A DNA stretch of 64,000 nucleotides from the NCBI GenBank assembly GCA_965230265.1, contig OZ245999.1, positions 1,755,158 to 1,819,157 on the forward strand, in the 5' to 3' direction. Within the stretch, counting starts at the first letter, position 1. The number at the start of each line of letters is the position of its first letter. Source of the stretch: Wenzhouxiangellaceae bacterium (GTDB lineage Bacteria > Pseudomonadota > Gammaproteobacteria > Xanthomonadales > Wenzhouxiangellaceae). Shown piece by piece: positions 57,795 through 64,000 of this stretch. The notes beneath the pieces were generated by a model, which did no database searches, was not told where the DNA came from, and saw only the letters and a program-made list of their open reading frames with translations. The position numbers and the translations under genes are program-made.

Positions 57795-58718
57795 ATGATG
57801 CCAGCCAAACATTTCAGCAAATACCTGCTTATCGTACTGATTGCGTTTTCCAGTAATGCATCAGCACAACCCGAGCATGCTTTCCCTCAGCATTTTCTGC
57901 AGACTTCCGATGGCGCAAGCATTGCTTTTTACACCCGTAATGTACAACCCAATCAAACACCTCTGATCGTTATTTCGGGCGGACCTGGAACCGATCATCG
58001 ATATATGAATGCAGCCGGTGCATTTGAGCAACTGGCAGACCTGAGACCATTGGTCATGTATGACCAAAGAGCCACCGGCAGCTCTGCACCGGCGCCTGAA
58101 ACACCCACCATCGATTTATGGGTCGCTGATATTGAAGCATTGCGCAAGCAGCTTGGTGTTGATCAAGTGGACCTGCTGGGACATTCCTTTGGCGGTTATC
58201 TGGCCATGAGTTATGCAGCAGCCCATGCAGACAATGTCCGAAAGCTTATTCTGGTCGATTCAGCACCGCCCGATATTACTTCCGCTGTCAGCCTGCTGGC
58301 TGATGTCTATCCCGATCGATTTGAGCAATGGCGTGAATTACGTGCTGGCTTGGAAGATCAGTTCGCAGCCGAACAGATTCGGCTGTTTTTTTCGATGGAG
58401 TTTGTTGATCCGGACTGGGGTGATCGCTATACCTCCTACGTGACCGGCCTGACATACGATATTTCCGTCAACAATGCACTCAGACAGGATATGCAGCAAC
58501 GCGAGCTTGCCTCACAGCTTAGTCACATAACCGCACCTGCACTGGTTCTGCATGGGCGTTTTGATGCCATATTAGCGCCTTCAAACAGCTATAACATTCA
58601 CCAGCAATTACCCAACTCAGCCTTTACGGTTTTCGAGCAAAGCGGACATGCGCCTTTTGTTGAGCAGCCTGAGCTATTTGTTCAGACTGTTAATCAATAC
58701 CTCAAACAAAAGCAATAG
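57795..58718 (+). CDS. Secreted alpha/beta hydrolase (prolyl aminopeptidase-like)
   Basis: Signal peptide after the re-assigned ATG. It has the nucleophile elbow 'GHSFGG' and a downstream 'LHGRFD…SGHAPF' acid/His. Confidence 0.75.
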   Translation: MMPAKHFSKYLLIVLIAFSSNASAQPEHAFPQHFLQTSDGASIAFYTRNVQPNQTPLIVISGGPGTDHRYMNAAGAFEQLADLRPLVMYDQRATGSSAPAPETPTIDLWVADIEALRKQLGVDQVDLLGHSFGGYLAMSYAAAHADNVRKLILVDSAPPDITSAVSLLADVYPDRFEQWRELRAGLEDQFAAEQIRLFFSMEFVDPDWGDRYTSYVTGLTYDISVNNALRQDMQQRELASQLSHITAPALVLHGRFDAILAPSNSYNIHQQLPNSAFTVFEQSGHAPFVEQPELFVQTVNQYLKQKQ

Positions 58719-58743
58719 CGACACTAATTTCTAATCACTCTAT

Positions 58744-59901
58744 CTATGGTGATTTTGGTGTCAGCCTCAACAACCGCCCCTGACTGCTGGCACGCTCATC
58801 TTCCAGTACCCAGATAGCACCATCCGGGCCTTCTGCAGCGCTGCGCAGTCTTGCACCCATAGGGTAACGCGCTGCTTCAGTGGCCTGATCGCCGCTCAGT
58901 TCAATACGAATCAATGCCTGTGAAGACAGCCCGGCCACCAGCGCATCGCCCTGCCAGTCCGGGAATTGCCCTCCCTGATAAATCATCATATCCCCCGGTG
59001 AGATTACCGGTGTCCAGGTGATTTTTGGTGCGATAAATTCCGGACGGGTGTCGTGATCGGGTATTTCCCGGCCATCGTAATGATCGCCATTGGAAACTTC
59101 CGGATAGCCATAATTGCCGCCACGCTGGATAAGGTTCAGCTCATCGCCATTGGCCGGTCCCATCTCGATTTCCCATAAGTGACCGTCAGCATCAAACGCA
59201 ATGCCCAGTGGATTGCGATGACCCAGTGACCAGATCTGATCATAAACGCCGATATCATCCACCAGAGGGTTCTCATCGATATAGCCCACAAAAGGGTTAT
59301 CATCGGGCACCGAACCGTCGGCATTCAATCGCAACAGCTTGCCCACACTGGACTGCATATCCTGGGAAGGGGTGAATTTCTGTCGGTCTCCGGATGAAAT
59401 CCATAGATAGCCATCTGCATCAAACAGCAAACGATGGCCATAATGTCCTCGACCAACAAGCTTGGGATACTGACGCCAGATGACGGCTTTATCCGTCAGC
59501 GCAGGGCGGCGGCTATCCACATCCAGAGTTGCACGCATCACCGCTGCGCCGCGGGTATCGCCAATTCCGGCTTCTACATAACTGATGTATATCTGACCAT
59601 TGCTGGCAAAGTCGGGATGCAAAGCCACATCCCCCATACCACCCTGACCGCCATAGTCCACATCCGGCATATCCCCCACCGGTCGGGATTTTTCACCATC
59701 TTGCCCCACAATATACAAACTGCCCTTTTTCTCGGTCACCAGCAACCGACCATCCGGCAAAAATGCCATTGCCCATGGCTCATCAAACGATGCGATAGGT
59801 TCTACATTAAAAGGTAAATCAACCTGTGCCTGAACAGTTGCTGCAAAAACCAGAACAAATGCACAACCGATAAAAAGCGTGTATCGAAACTGAGTAAACA
59901 T
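58744..59901 (-). CDS. PQQ-dependent soluble sugar (glucose/sorbosone) dehydrogenase, YliI-like
   Basis: Signal peptide. Beta-propeller motifs 'PDGRLLVTEKKG', 'GLLGIAF'-like 'PLGIAFDADG' and 'GGNYGYPE' are present. Confidence 0.75.
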   Translation of the reverse strand: MFTQFRYTLFIGCAFVLVFAATVQAQVDLPFNVEPIASFDEPWAMAFLPDGRLLVTEKKGSLYIVGQDGEKSRPVGDMPDVDYGGQGGMGDVALHPDFASNGQIYISYVEAGIGDTRGAAVMRATLDVDSRRPALTDKAVIWRQYPKLVGRGHYGHRLLFDADGYLWISSGDRQKFTPSQDMQSSVGKLLRLNADGSVPDDNPFVGYIDENPLVDDIGVYDQIWSLGHRNPLGIAFDADGHLWEIEMGPANGDELNLIQRGGNYGYPEVSNGDHYDGREIPDHDTRPEFIAPKITWTPVISPGDMMIYQGGQFPDWQGDALVAGLSSQALIRIELSGDQATEAARYPMGARLRSAAEGPDGAIWVLEDERASSQGRLLRLTPKSP

Positions 59902-60229
59902 AGGGCCCTCGTACTCTTATAACCATCATTAGTTTAGCATTTCAAAAACAGCTTAAGGATACATCTGCCGCTCCAAAAGATGGCTTGGCCTGAAGCATCT
60001 GGATATTTCTATTGACACTTCCAAAAAGAATACTGGTTCCGAGTTTTCTTCTTCAATTTAATAACGGTTCCGTCTTTCCAACCCACATTCAATAGGCACC
60101 CGATGTAACAAACCATGCAGTTTCTACGATTAACCATTTGAGAATACCGCACAAATCAGTTTTTGATTTGAGCGATACCTATTTCTCAAAAACAATTTTC
60201 GTTATTTATCGGTAGCAAGGATATTATTT

Positions 60230-60871
60230 ATGCATAAATTTTTATTAACTTTCTTATTTCTTTTACTTTGTGGGCCAGCAATGGCTCAGCTCGCTATTAT
60301 CGAGGATGATGGAGATGGCGCTGGCCATGGTGGCACAGGTGGCACAGGTGGTACAGGTGGTACGGGTGGTACGGGTGGTACGGGTGGTGGCACCGGTAAC
60401 ACCACCAATGCACTGACCGTTCGCTGCGAAAGCCAACGTGGAAGGCTAGAAATTTGTAGATTACCAACATTTGCGATCGGTGCCCAGCTTGCGCGTCAAA
60501 TCTCCGATACCAGCTGTAATAACCGCTGGGACTTTATTCCCGGCAATTCTAACTCTGATCAACTAGCAGCGCTTTTCGTCGATGATGGCTGCCGTGGTGA
60601 GTTTCTTGTCCAACTGAGCCAATCAACAACAGTGGAAACCAGTACTTGTTGGAGCATTAATAATCAAGATGAATCATGTCCACGGCCAGGTGGCGCTATA
60701 TTTGGTGCGCCTGTTTGGGTGCAAGACAGAGTATCTGACAGGATTTGTTATACCCGTGAGAGTACTACCGACGGGAGTGGAACCTGGGGAACTAACATAG
60801 TGGGAGCTGAGCATCGTGTTTGGGTAGACAACGGCTGTCGTGCAACTTTTGCATCCGTGCCTTTTCCATAG
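60230..60871 (+). CDS. DUF3011-like secreted protein with N-terminal (GGT)n Gly/Thr linker
   Basis: Signal peptide. Two repeats of the Cys-containing module ('LFVDDGCRGEFLV' and 'VWVDNGCRATFAS') sit behind a 9-bp repeat tract that encodes the (GGT)n linker. Confidence 0.6.
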   Translation: MHKFLLTFLFLLLCGPAMAQLAIIEDDGDGAGHGGTGGTGGTGGTGGTGGTGGGTGNTTNALTVRCESQRGRLEICRLPTFAIGAQLARQISDTSCNNRWDFIPGNSNSDQLAALFVDDGCRGEFLVQLSQSTTVETSTCWSINNQDESCPRPGGAIFGAPVWVQDRVSDRICYTRESTTDGSGTWGTNIVGAEHRVWVDNGCRATFASVPFP

Positions 60872-61111
60872 ACAATCTATGCTTAAAGAAGCAGGTGTGA
60901 ATACACCTGCTTCTTACAGGAAAATTATTGAAAAGTTATTTGATATATGATTGCCTTTACTGCATTAAAAAACGAGTACTGAGAAACGAAAATAAGTTAT
61001 CAATTAGTAATTCTATTATTACTATTCCAATAAAAAACATTACATCAATAAATTTTATAAATAAGAATTAGAATGGTCATAAAAAAACTTTTGCTATTTT
61101 TATCACCATGC

Positions 61112-64000
61112 TTACATATTCCTCCGATACTCCCCTCCAACCCCATAAAGCGCCCCACTAATCTGCCCTAAACTGGCAACCTTTACAGCTTCCATTAAGG
61201 CTTCAAACACATTACCCCGCTCCCGGGCAACTTTCTGCAATTCAGCCAATACCTGATCAGCTTTATCCGTGTGCCGTTTCTGGAAATTACGTACACCGGT
61301 AATCTGATCCTGTTTTTCTTCTTCGGTGGCTCGAATCAATTCGATTTCGGGCATTTCTTCCTGTTCATCCTTTGGTGGCAGGAAGGTGTTGACACCGATC
61401 AGCGGCAGACTGCCGTCGTGTTTTTTGCTTTCGTAATACAACGATTCATCCTGAATCTTGCCGCGCTGATACATGGTATCCATGGCCCCCAGCACACCAC
61501 CGCGTTCGCTGATACGCTCAAACTCTGCATAAACCGCCTCTTCCACCAGGTCGGTTAGCTCATCCACCACAAAGCTGCCCTGCCAGGGGTTTTCGTTAAA
61601 GTTGAGACCCAGTTCTCGGTTAATGATTAACTGAATCGCCACCGCCCGTCGAACACTTTCTTCTGTCGGCGTGGTAATGGCTTCGTCGTAGGCATTGGTG
61701 TGCAGGCTGTTGCAGTTATCGAAGATCGCGTACAGCGCCTGCAGGGTGGTACGGATATCATTGAACTGAATTTCCTGCGCATGCAGGCTGCGGCCCGAGG
61801 TCTGGATATGGTATTTCAGCATCTGGCTGCGTTGGTTGGCACCATAACGCTCACGCATCGCCCTGGCCCAGATACGGCGGGCCACACGGCCAATGACTGT
61901 GTATTCAGGGTCCATGCCGTTACTGAAAAAGAACGACAAATTCGGCGCAAACTCATCAATGTGCATGCCCCGTGCCAGGTAATACTCCACGATGGTAAAA
62001 CCATTGGACAGGGTAAAGGCCAGCTGGCTGATGGGGTTCGCACCGGCTTCAGCGATGTGATAGCCGGAAATGGATACCGAATAGAAATTCCGGACCTGGT
62101 GATCAACAAAATACTGCTGAATATCGCCCATCATCTTCAGGGCAAATTCGGTTGAGAAAATACAGGTATTCTGTGCCTGATCCTCTTTGAGGATATCAGC
62201 CTGCACAGTACCGCGTACCGTACTCAGGGTTTTTCCCTTAATCTGCTTATAGGTTTCAGCATCCAGCAACTGATCGCCATTGACCCCCAGCATACCCAAA
62301 CCCAAACCATCATTGTGTTCAGGCACTTCGCGACGATAGCTGGGCAAGTTATTGTTTAGTAAAGACTTAATCTTATCCTGAGCGACTTCCCATTGGCCCT
62401 GCTCTTTCAAATATTTTTCCACCTGCTGATCGATCGCGGTGTTCATAAACATGGCCAGCAGCATCGGTGCCGGGCCATTGATGGTCATCGATACCGAGGT
62501 GGTTGGCAGGCACAGGTCAAAACCAGAATACAGGCGCTTCATATCATCCAGACAGGAAATCGATACTCCGGAATTGCCCACCTTGCCATAAATATCGGGC
62601 CGCTCATGCGGGTCTTCCCCATACAGCGTAACCGAATCAAACGCGGTGGATAATCGCGCCGCCGGCTGGCCGGCAGATAAATAGTGGAAACGTTTATTGG
62701 TCCTCTCCGGCATGCCCTCACCGGCAAACATACGGGTTGGGTCTTCACCGGCACGGCGATAAGGGAACACGCCACCGGTATAGGGGTAGGCACCCGGCAG
62801 GTTTTCTTTTAATAAGAACTTCAGTAAATCGCCCCAGTCCCGGAATTTGGGCGGCGCGATTTTGGGGATTTTGTTACCCGAAAGGCTAACTTTGTAATTG
62901 TCGCCTTTGATTTCCTTACCACGCACGGTATAGCTGAACTGATCCGCCATTACACCTTCCCTGCGTGCTGGCCATCGCTGCAGTTCATCAATGGCATCAG
63001 ATGAAAGAGCTTTCAGCGCCTCGTTATAACGTTCTCGCAGCAACTGGATACTGCCATCAGCATGTTCTGTGCCCTTGTATAAGGTCAATGGCTCTGGCAG
63101 ATCACTGTCTTCCAGTGCCGCCAATGCTTCATAATAACTCTGTGCCAGACTGGCGTTTTCCGCCATCTGGTCGATGCCCTGATTGATTCTACGGCCCTGT
63201 TCGGCAATCTCCGCCAGGTAGCGAATACGCGCACCGGGAATCAGTGCCATGGCCTTGGGTTCTTTGATTTCCGTGTTCAGGTCAACCGACCATTTGCCCT
63301 TATCAAGCTTCAGTTTTTCACTAAGTAACCGGCATAAGTTACTGAACATCCATGTAATTCCCGGATCATTAAACTGACTAGCAATGGTTGCATACACCGG
63401 CACGTCATCATCATTCATTTGAAATGCCAGGCGGTTCCGCTTCCACTGCTTCTTGACGTCACGCTGGGCGTCCTCGGCCCCTTTCTTATCAAATTTGTTC
63501 AACACCACCAGCTCGGCATAATCGAGCATATCGATTTTTTCCAGCTGGCTGGCTGCACCATAATCACTGGTCATCACGTACATCGGAAAATCGACCAGAT
63601 CGACAATTTCCGAGTCGGACTGACCAATGCCTGCAGTTTCCACAATCACCAAATCAAAACCCAGCGATTTCAGAAACAAGGTGGCATCACCCAGCATTTC
63701 TGATGTGGCCAGATGCTGGCGACGAGTGGCCATGCTACGCATGTAAACACGCTGATTACGCAGGCTGTTCATGCGGATACGGTCACCCAGCAATGCGCCA
63801 CCGGTTTTGCGCCGGGTCGGATCGACCGCCAATACCGCGATGCGCATATTTTCAAAATGCTGCAGGAAACGGTTCAAAAGCTCATCGGTTACCGATGACT
63901 TACCGGCGCCGCCGGTACCGGTAATACCCACTACCGGGGTATTACCTGCTGCCAGCTGCCACTGCTTACGCAGACTGTTCAACCGATCTTCACTCATCTG
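61112..64000 (-). CDS. icmF: Fused isobutyryl-CoA mutase IcmF (MeaB-like GTPase plus B12-dependent mutase domain), 5'-truncated at window edge
   Basis: G-domain '[12 protein letters not shown]…DxxG…NKFD' is followed by methylmalonyl/isobutyryl-CoA-mutase catalytic-domain blocks. The N-terminal B12-binding domain expected for IcmF would lie beyond 64000. Confidence 0.85.
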   Translation of the reverse strand, partial: QMSEDRLNSLRKQWQLAAGNTPVVGITGTGGAGKSSVTDELLNRFLQHFENMRIAVLAVDPTRRKTGGALLGDRIRMNSLRNQRVYMRSMATRRQHLATSEMLGDATLFLKSLGFDLVIVETAGIGQSDSEIVDLVDFPMYVMTSDYGAASQLEKIDMLDYAELVVLNKFDKKGAEDAQRDVKKQWKRNRLAFQMNDDDVPVYATIASQFNDPGITWMFSNLCRLLSEKLKLDKGKWSVDLNTEIKEPKAMALIPGARIRYLAEIAEQGRRINQGIDQMAENASLAQSYYEALAALEDSDLPEPLTLYKGTEHADGSIQLLRERYNEALKALSSDAIDELQRWPARREGVMADQFSYTVRGKEIKGDNYKVSLSGNKIPKIAPPKFRDWGDLLKFLLKENLPGAYPYTGGVFPYRRAGEDPTRMFAGEGMPERTNKRFHYLSAGQPAARLSTAFDSVTLYGEDPHERPDIYGKVGNSGVSISCLDDMKRLYSGFDLCLPTTSVSMTINGPAPMLLAMFMNTAIDQQVEKYLKEQGQWEVAQDKIKSLLNNNLPSYRREVPEHNDGLGLGMLGVNGDQLLDAETYKQIKGKTLSTVRGTVQADILKEDQAQNTCIFSTEFALKMMGDIQQYFVDHQVRNFYSVSISGYHIAEAGANPISQLAFTLSNGFTIVEYYLARGMHIDEFAPNLSFFFSNGMDPEYTVIGRVARRIWARAMRERYGANQRSQMLKYHIQTSGRSLHAQEIQFNDIRTTLQALYAIFDNCNSLHTNAYDEAITTPTEESVRRAVAIQLIINRELGLNFNENPWQGSFVVDELTDLVEEAVYAEFERISERGGVLGAMDTMYQRGKIQDESLYYESKKHDGSLPLIGVNTFLPPKDEQEEMPEIELIRATEEEKQDQITGVRNFQKRHTDKADQVLAELQKVARERGNVFEALMEAVKVASLGQISGALYGVGGEYRRNM

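Noticed and set aside
60329-60391. The tandem 9-bp repeat array could be mistaken for a mini CRISPR or VNTR locus
   Set aside because: The units are contiguous with no spacers. The array is in-frame within a signal-peptide-containing ORF, encodes a Gly/Thr linker, and no cas genes are nearby. It is a coding low-complexity repeat, not CRISPR.
1-64000. Mobile elements, prophage or genomic island
   Set aside because: I recognised no transposase, integrase, recombinase, phage structural gene or terminal inverted repeats in any frame. GC content and gene density are uniform apart from short AT-rich intergenic spacers. The stranded tRNA fragment is the only hint, and it has no associated integrase.

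Overview
This 64 kb window looks like chromosomal DNA from a Gram-negative gammaproteobacterium, probably marine or environmental, with tightly packed genes on both strands. I found no transposase, integrase, phage or CRISPR signals. It carries about 60 genes, and one I recognise by size is the ABC-F ATPase yheS, whose product is 637 aa as in E. coli. The recognisable housekeeping and conserved genes are: a PaaI thioesterase, a fasciclin protein, phospholipase A1 (pldA), and mgtE translationally coupled to a two-domain glycosyltransferase. There is an attFGH-like ABC exporter (ATPase, FtsX permease, AttH-like lipoprotein) flanked by two paralogous signal-peptide methyltransferase-like genes, plus two DoxX paralogues and an AmpC-like serine hydrolase. 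An ECF sigma factor is coupled to a 919-aa TPR Ser/Thr kinase, with a PLP-dependent decarboxylase convergent on the kinase. Further genes are a GFA-family protein, ppiB, def, yajQ, tesB, a DedA/TVP38 protein, a GNAT acetyltransferase, yheS, rarD, a TetR regulator, rhlE, an FG-GAP repeat protein, a Sel1 protein, an MBL hydrolase, a metallophosphoesterase, an S51-like peptidase, a peptidoglycan-binding repeat lipoprotein, a JmjC/cupin protein, MipA, a PQQ sugar dehydrogenase, a DUF3011 protein, and icmF truncated at the window edge. RNA genes are tRNA-Gly(CCC) on the plus strand and a CAT-anticodon tRNA on the minus strand with a degenerate tRNA 3'-fragment next to it. The most interesting candidate system is a minus-strand block at 26.3-32.6 kb: an SPFH/band-7 protein, a TPR-CPBP (PrsW/CAAX-type) intramembrane protease, an ECF sigma factor ATGA-coupled to a single-pass anti-sigma factor, and a coiled-coil two-PDZ periplasmic protein with no protease domain. 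That composition suggests an uncharacterised regulated-proteolysis signalling module for envelope stress. Other points of note are a shared C-terminal 'GENFFxDGFE' motif on two secreted BNR/Asp-box proteins, a 9-bp (GGTGGNACN)n coding repeat, a DUF4124-pilin-like fusion, and a pair of small hypothetical genes behind a 21-bp palindrome. Calls rest on motif recognition by eye; the ORF track uses GTG/TTG as well as ATG starts, so several starts are re-assigned below.
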